Positions 13,881-25,867 of a stretch of 64,000 nucleotides of DNA are shown in pieces; the stretch's first letter is position 1, and each line of letters starts with the position of its first letter. The stretch is from Octopus sinensis (taxonomy: Eukaryota). The notes below the pieces were generated by a model, which ran no database searches, was not told where the DNA came from, and was given only the letters and a program-made list of their open reading frames with translations. Location of the stretch: NCBI RefSeq assembly GCF_006345805.1, contig NC_043002.1, positions 89,652,001-89,716,000 on the forward strand. The letters run 5' to 3'. The position numbers and the translations under genes were made by a program.

Positions 13881-14371
13881 ATCTTCTATTTTGTTTTACT
13901 TCTACCAACTATCAGCTACAAGTAGTTTCCCCTCCAACACAGCCATTACACCACTCCATTGCAGCATTGCTTTTATCGGAAACAGTTCTGTGAATATTCT
14001 GCATATTTCCAGGTCATCAGTTCCTTGTAATACTTCACCTCTTCAACATCAAGCAAGAATCTTTTGAAAGAATCGCTTCTTCTGCCTTACAATCTATTTA
14101 ATTTTACTTGAAGAAATCAAGTGAAGTCGAAAGACAATATAATTGTACAATTAGGTGGAAACAATATAAGATGAAGAAACCAGCAGGTAAACTGTGTAGG
14201 ATGGATATCCAGGATAGAAGACCGTTGTTAGAGGTTAAAAAGTAACATTTGTTGATGATTGTCGTTGTTGTTCAACCGCAGGTTAATTTGAACGAGTAGA
14301 TGTATCGTATTTTCTGAGCTACAAGTCGATGTAGTAAATAGTGTACACATGTAGAGTAAACATTCCTATAT

Positions 14372-14603
14372 CTGTTTCTTTATTACCCACAGGGGGCTAA
14401 ACATAGAGGGGACAAACAAGGACAGACAAACGGATTAAGTCGATTACATCGACCCCAGTGCGTAACTGGTACTTAATTTATCGACCCCGAAAGGATGAAA
14501 GGCAAAGTCGACATCGGCGGAATTTGAACTCAGAACGTAACGGCAGACGAAATACGGCTACGCATTTCGCCCGGCGTGCTAACGTTTCTGCCAGCTCGCC
14601 GCC
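14372..14603 (-). mobile_element. Full-length SINE (Deu/Nin-like core)
   Basis: Reverse complement of aggcggcgagctggcagaaacgttagcacgccgggcg...gccccttgtgggtaataaagaaa. Probable TSD TAAACATTCC. Confidence 0.85.
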
Positions 14604-14914
14604 TAAACATTCCCAGCTCATCAGTTCCTTGTTAATACTTCATCTCTTCAACATCAAGCAAGAATCTTTTGCCTTACAATATATTTAATTTTACTTGAAG
14701 AAATCATTCCTATATCATCTCTATCTCTCCAACTCCTGCTGCACTTCACATGGAATTTTTGGTTCTCCAAAATCATCTCGATGTATAAGTCGATTTGTTT
14801 TTTTTTCGCTGTAAATTTTGGTCTGAGATTGATTTGCAGGCCGGAAAATACGATATGGTCATAGCTTCACCAACCATCATCATCGCGTCTTATATTTTCC
14901 CACCCATCCTTCAG

Positions 14915-14973
14915 TTGAGAGGAAGCGGCCGCCATACACCACTGTAGGCAACTGCAGGAAAAATATGTGCGAG
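14915..14973 (+). other. Candidate host exon
   Basis: Strong acceptor ttttcccacccatccttcAG and donor GAG|GTAGGG. One open frame, ERKRPPYTTVGNCRKNMCE, in CpG-retaining unique sequence. No protein recognised. Confidence 0.3.
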
Positions 14974-15401
14974 GTAGGGGAGGGTATATTACAGAGAGTT
15001 AGAAGCTTGAGGAAGAAGGACTTGATGAAGTGGTTAGGGTGAGATTTGGGTTGGGAGAGACAGAATGACTGACTGAGTGGAGACGAACGTGTTGGATGGA
15101 GTTAAATTGAAGTAAGTTTGGTGGAATGTTGGTTTCGGTGGAACACAGATCGCAACTAGCTTTGAGGAGTAGAGGTCGTCGTAGTAGTGGTAGTAGCAAT
15201 GTGAGGAAAGCCAGTGAGGGGGTAGCTTTGAAATGTATCAGTGAGTAATTCTATGCCAATTAGAATTGGGCGTGTTATTTTTCATAAGGATAAGTGTGGA
15301 CCGCGGCACTTTCTGAATGATACGCCTAACGAAAAATTGCCTTGCATAGTTTAGTGCAGAATATCCCAGGTTAATTCTCAACTTCATACCACATACATAA
15401 T

Positions 15402-15794
15402 ATGGATGGATGGAAGCACTCCGTCGGTTACGACGACGAGGGTTCCGGTTGATCCGAATCAACGGGACAACCTGCTCGTGAAATTAACGTGTAAGTGGCT
15501 GAGCACTCCACAGACACGTGTACCCTTAACGTAGTTCTCGGGGATATTCAGCGTGACACAGAGAGTGACAAGGCCGGCCCTTTGAAATACAGGTACAACA
15601 GAAACAGGAAGTAAGAGTGAGAGAAAGTTGTGGTGAAAGAGTACAGCAGGGATCACCACCATCCCCTGCCGGAGCCTCGTGGAGCTTTAGGTGTTTTCGC
15701 TCAATAAACACTCACAACGCCCGGTCTGGGAATCGAAACCACGATCCTATGACCGCGAGTCCGCTGCTCTAACCACTAGGCCATTGCGCCTCCA
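15402..15794 (-). mobile_element. Full-length tRNA-derived SINE (octopus OR-like)
   Basis: Head ggaggcgcaatggcctagtggttagagcagcggactcgcggtcataggatcgtggtttcgattccc with A/B boxes; 12-bp TSD CACATACATAAT. Confidence 0.9.
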
Positions 15795-16976
15795 CACATA
15801 CATAATAAACAGCATGCAGTAAAGTGAAACTTTCTACATACACATACACACCTTGATGGAGGTAACATTTTAGTGCATCATATATAATATACAATGGTTA
15901 AATCAGGAGTTAACATGCAGTTTAAAAGGTTAAAAAAAATTAAAGTATTTTGACCGAAAGTGGAGACAGTGAAATGTAATAATTTCACGTAAACAATCAA
16001 TTAGTGAATCGACATGGGCAATACCATCAATTACCGTCGGTTCTTTCTATACAGCTCAGTTGTCGTGCAGGCTTATAACATTTGCTCAAATGAAATTATG
16101 TTGGTTATCATGCCAGCGTGCAAGCCATCGAATTGCCTTCTCAATGCTTTTCGGTTAGCGGATCTAGCGTATTGGAACGGAGTACCTCAGCTGCTATTTC
16201 TGAAATATTTAAGATATCATTGGAAGGTACTATACAAATAGGTGCCTGTAAACACGTCACAGTGAGAGGGTTCTACCAACAAAATTAAGGGATTTCACTA
16301 GTTCTCTTTATGAAATTATGGAATGTCACTGCCGTCATTTCCACTCAATTTACTTTCAATTTTTTAAATCCCTAAACTGCTTATTAACCAAATCAGGTAA
16401 ACGTCAAGGCTAAATTTAGTTTCCAGTGCTGGCTTTCACGTCTCTTCAATCATATTTTCAGGCAAATTTCTCACTTCCGAAGACAAGAAAAATATCTGAC
16501 CCTGACGTGTACTCATTCTTTACAGCTAGTTCATTATTAATAACTCCATCATATTGAAAGCATGAAGTTCAGAAATATGTTTTCTGTCAACATTCCATCT
16601 CCAAACTATTTCTCGAAGGAAACAGATTCTTTGTTGATGAATAGCTTCGATTTTTCGCTACCTAGAATTGGTAATTTTGTTTGTTTAGAATGACCGCCGT
16701 TTAGATGGCAGTGAGCTTCACCTTTAATCATTCTCTTTGTTTAGATTTATTGATTTATTCACTAGAGTATTAAAATCAAATATTTTCTCGCAGTGGGTAA
16801 CAATAAATTTATTCATAACCAATCGCACTGGATTTAATAATGAAATTCTCGTTCTGCCTGCTTTGCTACACTAGCGAGGCCTTCAGTCTCACTGGATTTC
16901 TGTTGATGAGACAAATTAAAATTTCACTCGACTCTTTACGAACATCCATTAATCCATCCATCGTCCAAACATACAT

Positions 16977-17011
<35 letters not shown>

Positions 17012-18755
17012 CTCTCTCTCTCTCTTTCACACACACACATTTCGTGACTACATTCGATAGACCTGACATTCATCTAGTTTTGTTATTTTAACTTTTAGAG
17101 AAATGAAGAATTTACACCTCATTGATTTCTTCGTTGTCGTCCTTTAGTTGTAAGTGAAGTTCACAGTTACAGAAGAAGCCGTTGCATTTTGGATATTTCT
17201 CATCAAAAAAAAAAGGAGGGGGGGGGGGGCTATATTTTTGTATTTACTTCAGTTGAACACTTACCATTTGTACATCGACTTAGGAAATGCATTGTGCTAT
17301 ATAGAGCCATTGAGCAGCAGGCAATATATTCTACAACATTTTGAAAGTCTTCTCGTTGCACTAATGGCAGTATTATTTATATAAGCAATGATTTATTGTG
17401 TTTAGACAAAAATATGTAAACGCAAAACCATTAAGCATGAAGCTGCGATAGCATCCAATTCGGTACAAATGTATTACCAGCTCTCTATCATACCGATATA
17501 AATAATAAAACCCTTACAACACTCTGCTGAAGATACCTCTAATACTATACTTTACCTGATAAGGTAAGGCTCGGTACGAATTAAAATTCTCTCTCGGCTT
17601 TCTTTGGTATTCATTCTTCTCTGCGATACTTTGATAAAGCATTAGTAGAACGTCTTCTTGAAATCAATGTAGATCTCATTAGCTCAGCTCAGTAACAGAC
17701 ATCATATTACTGAGGTATCATATTCTATGCACAAAATTGTGTTCATTCATTAAGATGGTTGAAAAGGACCGAGTCCTTTGAAAATAAGCGTTAGGTCAGA
17801 TAAGTGGAACAATCGATATCTTGTAAAAGAGAATCGCTGTTGCTAGTTATTATTCGACCATTGTGAGATCTTAGCTAGGAAGGTACGAGGTCACAAGCGT
17901 GGTTTTCTTTTAATTAAGATGGCTATATTCTCTGGAAATAAACTAAATATACGGACTATTTTCTCTAGGTTTTATTTTCTGGTGACTCTGTATGTCATTT
18001 TTTATCGATTCTAATTTCATTTTCCCATATTCAGTATAGAAATAATGATCGTTAATTCTCAGGCTAATCTTGTTTAAACAGTTTAAATAGTTTTATAGCG
18101 TTTTAGCTATGACCATCCAGTCTTTGCTTGCTGTATCCAGGATAAATATGTGGGCCTTCCTTTCCTTTCTAAGATGGCAGCGTATGGTTTAGAGATGATT
18201 TGGCAACTATTTCCAGCAAATTAAGCGTCCTGTGAATGTTAGATAAATCTAACAATTTTATGGAACATCGACTTTAGCATGACTTAATTACTTCAGTTCT
18301 GAACTCATAGCTTTCTTCTTCAATTATCTCTCTACCTCTTTATCTGAACTCATGGATTTCCTTCCTTCCATTAGCTAGCAATGAACTCTGGAAAACATCA
18401 GAAGCTTGTTATGGACTCTGATCATTAGAGTGGGAGATGGACATATTAAACAGGATCAAAAACTCTCTAGTGATATCTTTTCTTTAGTTTTTAGCCATAC
18501 AGTATGTATTGTTGAATAAAACATTCCATGTAATCTTATCGAGACAGTAGAGTATAAGTTAAAGAAATTTTGGCAGCTATTTCTAGCAAAGGAAACACTT
18601 AGAGTCTCCCGTCTCCCGTGTTTGCTCAAGTTAGATTGGTGAAACAAGTCTCAGATCAAATTTGTATGTTCGTAACAAGTCGCGGTCAAATTAGTATGTC
18701 CGAAAGTATATGCTATCACAACGTTATCAAGGCAATCCAAAATGGGCCGAATTAG

Positions 18756-19322
18756 GAGAAATATTGATCAACAACAATAGACTAACATCGATTATTACTT
18801 TTTAATGCAAATAAACTTTATCTCATCTAACAGCTGTTTCTGCTTCCAGTGGTCTACGGTATTGCCATTGAAAATTCTAAAAATAATAGTCATCATATTT
18901 GGTAACACAACCGATCTGGAACATGGAGCTTCATCAGAGGGAAGAAAAATAGATAAAATAAAATAAAAGAAAAGAAGAAGAACCCCGAGAAGAAGAATAA
19001 AGGCTTAATATATTTAAATCATACTATTTTGCGCATGTGACTCTTCAGGACGTTGAGTAAATGACTAAACTTAAATTATTAATTGGTGGGTTTATTTTTT
19101 CATGGGGGTAACAGGGTATGTATATAAGTAAGAAAATGGTATGATTTAAATATATTAAGTCTTTCTTATTCTTCTCGAGGCTTTTCTTTTCTTTTCTTTT
19201 CTTTTATGTATTTTTCTTCCCTCTGATGAAGCTCCATGTTCCAGATCGGTTGTGTTACCAAATATGATGACTATTATTTTCAGAATTTTCAATGGCAATA
19301 TTGTTGTTGATCAATATTTCTC
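18756..19322. repeat. Inverted repeat of a Penelope-type pLTR with hammerhead-like core
   Basis: 18756-19030 is the reverse complement of 19133-19322, apart from an 82-bp segment (18780-18861) missing from the right arm. CTGATGA is present in both arms. Confidence 0.75.
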
Positions 19323-19509
19323 TATTTGCTGTTTACTTTAAATTTGATTCCGGATAAACTCACGCTTATTTTTGTCATTGCTTGTAGCCTATGAGCATAA
19401 TATGCTTGCATAAGTATGCCCAGGGTTAACATAGGTGATTACACCGGGAGTAAAAGAGGCATTTTTATCCCTTACACCGTTATTCCAGCCTCTAACTCTA
19501 CGAACCTAT

Positions 19510-19580
<71 letters not shown>

Positions 19581-19581
19581 A

Positions 19582-19902
<321 letters not shown>

Positions 19903-19929
19903 CATACATACATACATATATATATATAT

Positions 19930-20100
19930 ATCTTTATCTTTTATCTTTTACTTGTTTCAGTCAGTAGACAGTGGCCATGCTGGGATAGCACGTTGAAGAT
20001 TTCTAGTCGAACTAATCGACCCCAGTACTTATTTTATTGGTCCCTTTTGTCGGACGCTAAGTTACGAGGGCGTTAACAAACCAAAACCAGTTGTCAAGCG
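19930..20100 (-). mobile_element. SINE (Meta-like family), 3' half
   Basis: Reverse complement of cttgacaac..taacttagc..cgacaaaag..gtactggggtcgatt..gactgaaacaagtaaaaga. Confidence 0.65.
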
Positions 20101-20468
20101 CTGAGTATGCATTTTGAGTATGCATTGTCTGGGAGATTTTTCTTACAGTAGAAGAAATAGCTAAGACTTTTTGCTGCTATTTCTAAAAAGTTCGGTGTGT
20201 GGTTAAGTAAATTATTTTACTGAACCTTATTTTTATAACGTAATGTTTCAAATATACCGTAAATGGTCTTTTTACATACTGAACACTTCTTGGTAAAATT
20301 AATTAATAATTAACTAGTTTTACCCTTTTATTATTGACTATATATGTATGTATGTATAAATTCTCTAATATCTACACAGCCTTGGTTTTTTATCTTATTA
20401 CACAAAAAATTCTTATGTATATATATGTATATATATGTATATATATATATATATATATTTATATTATA

Positions 20469-21029
20469 TCTACATTATAAATCTGAAATGCGAAAAGTTT
20501 GTTTGTTTGTCTGGTTTTGGCATTGGAACGAGTTAAAGAGCACTAGACCCCGTCGGATTCGCTCCAAAATTTACAGGGACATGTAAAAAGAGGCGAGGAT
20601 GTGAGTGGGCTAGGTTAGAAATCCCTGTCTCAAAAGCTGTGGTTACTATGGCAAAGAACCCACACTTTGACAAGTGTTCGTCATTTCTCTCTTTCTCTTA
20701 TCTGCCTGTCTTACTCCGTCTCTCTCTCTCTCTTTTCTCCCTTCCCTTTACTTTCTCTCTATAACGACGTTTGAGAGCTTCTACTATCTTTCCCCCGCCG
20801 CTTTCGCCATCTCTGTCAGTCTTCCTCCTACATTCTCTCTCTCTCTCCCTCTCTCTTGTGTAGTTGCGGATGCATAACTTGCGACACGCTCCATTTCACC
20901 TCCTTTCACCACTTCACCCATCACCGGGGGAAGAAACAATCTCCAAAACAGGCAAAAACAACGACAGAATTCAACAATTTAACAATTTAACGAATCTTGG
21001 TCTACCCGCGCGGGGAGACCTACAACTAA
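20469..21029 (+). mobile_element. Complete non-autonomous Helitron
   Basis: A|TCTACATTATAAA...tttgtttgtttgtctg at the 5' end. The 3' hairpin ggtct-acccgcgcgggg-agacc is followed by tacaaCTAA|T. Inserted at A^T without TSD. Confidence 0.65.
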
Positions 21030-21329
21030 TATATAATAATAGTGTGTAACAATTTAACCCACGTTTTAAAGAAATCAACACCCAAAAATTGCGAGCCGAC
21101 TCATTCCTTACACTCTCTGCACATGTCCATTTATATTGTGGCACATTCCATTAGGAGCCAACCAAATAGGGGTGTTCTACTTCCACATGGAATTTTAGAA
21201 AAATTACGTGATGTGTGCCAGTATGTATGTGTGCCACATCCATCAATTTTGCTTTTTTATTGTATTACATTAAATTCTGATTTAACCGTAATCTGCACTA
21301 TTTGAAGGGTGTTTGTCGAAGACTTCATT

Positions 21330-21735
21330 AAAAACATATCCAATTTTTCTGAAAGTTATGAAGAAACAAGTTCTCCACCACCGAAAAAAACGTTCGCAAC
21401 AAATTCTTATATAAGCTGAATCTATATCATCTATTAGTAGAAAAATTCATTTAAAAATATCCATTTTTTTCTGAAAGTTATGAGGAAACAAAGTCTCCAA
21501 ACGCAAAAAAATGTTCACGACAAATTCTTATATAATCTGAATCTATACCATGCATTTGAAAAATAAATCATTAAAAAATATCTAATTTTTCTGAAAGTTG
21601 TGAGGAAACAAAGTCTCCATCCCCGAAAAATGTTCACGACAAATTCTTATATAATCTGAATCTACATCGTCTGTTAATAGAAAATTTCATTAAAAAATAC
21701 CAATTTTTCTGAAAGTTATGAGGAAACAAAGTAGG
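21330..21735 (+). repeat. Tandem repeat, about 3.3 copies of a ~120-bp unit
   Basis: Unit starts ctgaaagttatgaggaaacaaag and contains caaattcttatataatctgaatcta. Confidence 0.9.
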
Positions 21736-22188
21736 TGGGGAGGAGGATGCAGACTTGTGTAGGTATTCCCTGAATGCTCGAGAGACATCTCATAGCTTCA
21801 TCGGAGCCATTTAAAATGAAGTTTATGTTTACTGCAGAAAGCATTTAAATTCATGCTTGCAGAACTATATATAATATAATATAATACAGTTAGAAGATAA
21901 AAAAAAAACACTTCGACCAGAGACTAATACATCAATTACATATGAACTAGAATAAACGTATAAAGTGATAAAAAAACCCAGACACCTGCGTATATACACA
22001 TACGTGTTCTTACATCTACACACGTATAGAGACATGTATACAGGCAAAAAGATATGTGAGTATATGTGTGTATGTCTGCATATTTATAAAGATACACACA
22101 TATTTGTATGCAGACCCTTTTCAATGACTTGCCCTCTCTCTTCAAGGTATATAATATATATATATATATATTATATATATATATATGT

Positions 22189-22246
<58 letters not shown>

Positions 22247-22308
22247 ATATTATATATATATATATATATCTATATTATATATATCTATATATATATGTAT
22301 ATTTATAT

Positions 22309-22370
<62 letters not shown>

Positions 22371-22654
22371 TACACACACATACATACACACACACAAACA
22401 CACACATACGTGGATTAGTGGTTAAAGTAATCGGTTCACGATCATAAATGAGCTCTACTTGTAATTCAAATGGCCGGCCTTGTCACATTCTGTGTCACGC
22501 TGAATCCCTGAGAACTACGTTAAGGGTGCGGAGTGCTCAGCTACTTGCACGTTAATTTCACAAGAAAGGTGTTTCGTGGATCAGATGAACTGGAACTCAC
22601 GTCATCGTAATCGTCAGAGTGCCAGTCTTTTTTTTACATAGTTGTATGTAGATG

Positions 22655-22724
<70 letters not shown>

Positions 22725-23592
22725 TCCGTTTTTGTAATTGGTTTGCAAGATTCTTGATGTGAATTTGTGCGTTGATACAAATCTTGTTGTGTCTTAGGAA
22801 GGTCATCACGCCAATACTAATAATAACACACGCACTGATTGAAAATCACTTCTTTGCCGTTAGTCGATTTGTTAAATATCTAGCCAACCAACTAATCGAT
22901 CATTTGTTTAATGTGCTGCTTAAACAATCAATCGGTTGGTTAGTGAAAGTCCTTTCGCCGCTATTCGCGACCTTTTCAATGATTTGCCCTCTCTCTTCAA
23001 GGTCTACCTTGCTGCTCAATTAGTTGGTTAGATATTTAACCAACTGACTGATAAGAAAGAAGTGATATATCAGCTTAAAAGCCGAACTCCGTGCGGACTT
23101 TTAAGCTAGCTGCTGAGAAGTGCTATTTAAGCCTGTGCCCCCAAACTAAAGAGTACAATAATAATAAAGCATTTGTTGGTACCCTATCATCTCAGATTTA
23201 TATCACAGAGTATCACATTTGGGGAATTTTGTATCACTGTGACTTTTGGAGATCATTGTAAAGCAGCAAGATAAAGAACATTCTTGATTTTATCATCTAA
23301 TCTAAATATGAAGAGATTGTTGCCATTTCCAACTCCGGAACAACCAACTATTTGAGGGAATATTAATCCTAACTTACAGGGAAAAAAATTCAATCTAGAA
23401 ATACTAAATCAAATTTCACACAATATAATATATATATTAGACTGGGCCTGATGAAGCCTTCTGGCTTCACAGACCCCAGTAGAACCGTCCAACCCATGCT
23501 AGCATGGAAAACGGACGCTAAACGACGACGATGACGATGATGATGATGATTATATATATATATATTATATTATATATATAATATATATATAT

Positions 23593-23650
<58 letters not shown>

Positions 23651-23660
<10 letters not shown>

Positions 23661-23965
23661 GAAAGAACCACCTTTTATCAATTCAAAATGAACAATTAAA
23701 TTATACCATCTAGAAAATTTCATACAATAGAAATATTAAAATTAAAATAACAATAATATACCAATGATTAAGTAAATTGCAAAAAATAATAATAAAAACG
23801 TATATAATTGGTAGACTAACAGTTATATACGTTTTTATCATTTCTTTGCAATTTACTTAATCATTGGTATATTATTGTAATTTTAATATTTCTATTATAT
23901 GTAATTTTCTAGATGCTGTAATTTAATTGTTCATTTTGAATTGATAAAAGGGTTTTTTTTTTCTA

Positions 23966-23972
<7 letters not shown>
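23651..23972. repeat. ~320-bp imperfect palindrome between (TA)n arrays
   Basis: The left arm (aaattagaaag..tatataattggta) is the reverse complement of the right arm (taacagttatatacg..ttctaattt). The spacer is only about 3 nt (gac). Confidence 0.85.
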
Positions 23973-24010
<38 letters not shown>

Positions 24011-24011
<1 letters not shown>

Positions 24012-24368
24012 TAGCAGTATCGCCCGGCGTTGCTCAGGTTGTAAGGGAAATAACTATAAAGCATTTTTAGAGAGTTATAGCCAAAAAATAGCAAAAGAAT
24101 GGAAAAAAAATGATGGTAAATTTTTTGGAGAGTTAAAAAGGTCAAGTTACGTCCCCTAGACAGTCTGTGGTTTGTGTTTCTGATTCTCGACCCCATGTCG
24201 AATTTATCGATTTTTTTCAGAACTGGGGGAACTTTTCAAAATTTTCGCTGCGTTAGTTTTGAATTATGACATTGGGCTATGTGTGTGTCAAGTTTCATCA
24301 GAATCGGTTGAAAGCCATGGTCAGGGTGAGGATACAACCAAACAGACACACACAGACAAACTGCCGTT

Positions 24369-24372
<4 letters not shown>
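24011..24372 (-). mobile_element. Non-autonomous Helitron
   Basis: Plus strand begins CTAGcagtatcgcccggcgttgctc (reverse of the 3' hairpin plus CTAG). Homologous to 1-215 and flanked by (TA)n. Confidence 0.75.
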
Positions 24373-24466
<94 letters not shown>

Positions 24467-24474
24467 ATTAATGG

Positions 24475-24750
24475 ACTCCCCCGTCGTTAGGCGTCGGCAA
24501 GAGATTGCCGAACAACCACACAGATGATTTGTTTATAGCGATCAAATGTTTGTGTAGATATAAGCTCGCTCCCTCAATCAAATCGGCATTACCTGTACAG
24601 GTGCACCGTGTGCCACTTATCAGATCACGGAATGATCGCAGAGCGACATGAAATTAAGTGCTTTGCTCGAGAAAACAACGCAACACCCGGTCTGGGAATC
24701 GAACCCGCGATCGTAAGTGCAACACCCTAACTCCTAAGCCACGTGCCTTC
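24475..24750 (-). mobile_element. tRNA-derived SINE, diverged
   Basis: Reverse complement of a head with ggtttcgattcccagaccgggtgttg..ttttctcgagcaaagcac. Similar copy at 32610-32880. Confidence 0.6.
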
Positions 24751-24787
24751 ACACATACACACACACACACACACATATATATGGAGG

Positions 24788-24825
<38 letters not shown>

Positions 24826-25867
24826 TACATATACATATGTATTCACACACTCACATAATAAACACATATATATCTACACCTAATTATATATACGTTTATG
24901 TATGTATGTATGTTGAAGATATTGCAAGGCTGCTTTTGTATAAGCAGTTTTTAAATTAGACTGATTTAGCAATTATTAATTGCAGGTGAGTAAGAAGGAG
25001 CACTGTTGCGGTTGCTCCGTGTAATAGAACTATGATAAACTTTGAGTGGAACTATAATGGAACTATGGTAGAAATGACATCTACAAGAGACAAACTATTA
25101 ATTGTTCGGTTGTAAGTATATACTTCCTTAATATTTGTAGGATAGACCTGTACTGTTAGTTCGACAAAATGTTTTTTAGCAGAAATAATTACATCATTAC
25201 GGCACTTGTTATTCTACAGAGACATTCCTGTTTTGATGTTTACATTCATACACCTTAATATATTTTACTAAATAAAATATTTATCTAGAAAAGTTAATTT
25301 TTCTTTACTAGTGAGGATTGTAAAAAAATGGTAAGTGCAAAACATTTTCCCTTTCATGTCATCACTTCTCAAAGTTCACTTGGTGTCTGTTTGACGTGAT
25401 AGTTCAAAGAACTTCTGTTTCTGTGGCTCCAATTTTCTTTTATTATGGTCTACTTACAAGCACATTTGTACTGCTTCAGAAAAGTGCTTCAATTTCAATT
25501 TAATCAGTTGTATATTGACTAAAATTGAAAATCAGTAAAATGAAAAACAATTTAATTTAATCAGTTCCAGATCAGACACTGACAAATTACATGAACTATT
25601 TCAGGGAATTCTTATAGCAATTTTTGATACTGGCTAGAAATGCTTAAAATCTAGAGTTTGGTTTTCATTGAAGTCAACTTAGGCCATGTATGGCGGGATT
25701 TGAACTTTGAACGAGAAGGGTTTAAACAAATAAATGATTGTCGTACGACATTTTACCGTTCCTGCGATTCAATAGCCTTCGAAGGTTCAAATATTGAAAA
25801 ATCTACGGAAGTATCTTGAATCTCTTAAACGGATGAAAACGCATACACATATACATTCACGCATATA

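Noticed and set aside
16014-16680. Splice-like signals and the 75-aa ORF at 16014
   Set aside because: Most AG/GT-bounded segments are closed in all frames and no peptide is recognisable
17560-18700. Possible LINE RT remnant on the minus strand (IYIDFKKTF)
   Set aside because: A single motif in heavily decayed sequence; not enough to define an element
23448-23550. CTGATGAAG as another hammerhead
   Set aside because: No properly placed GAAA or stems; the context with a (GAT)n tail looks like a retroposon 3' end
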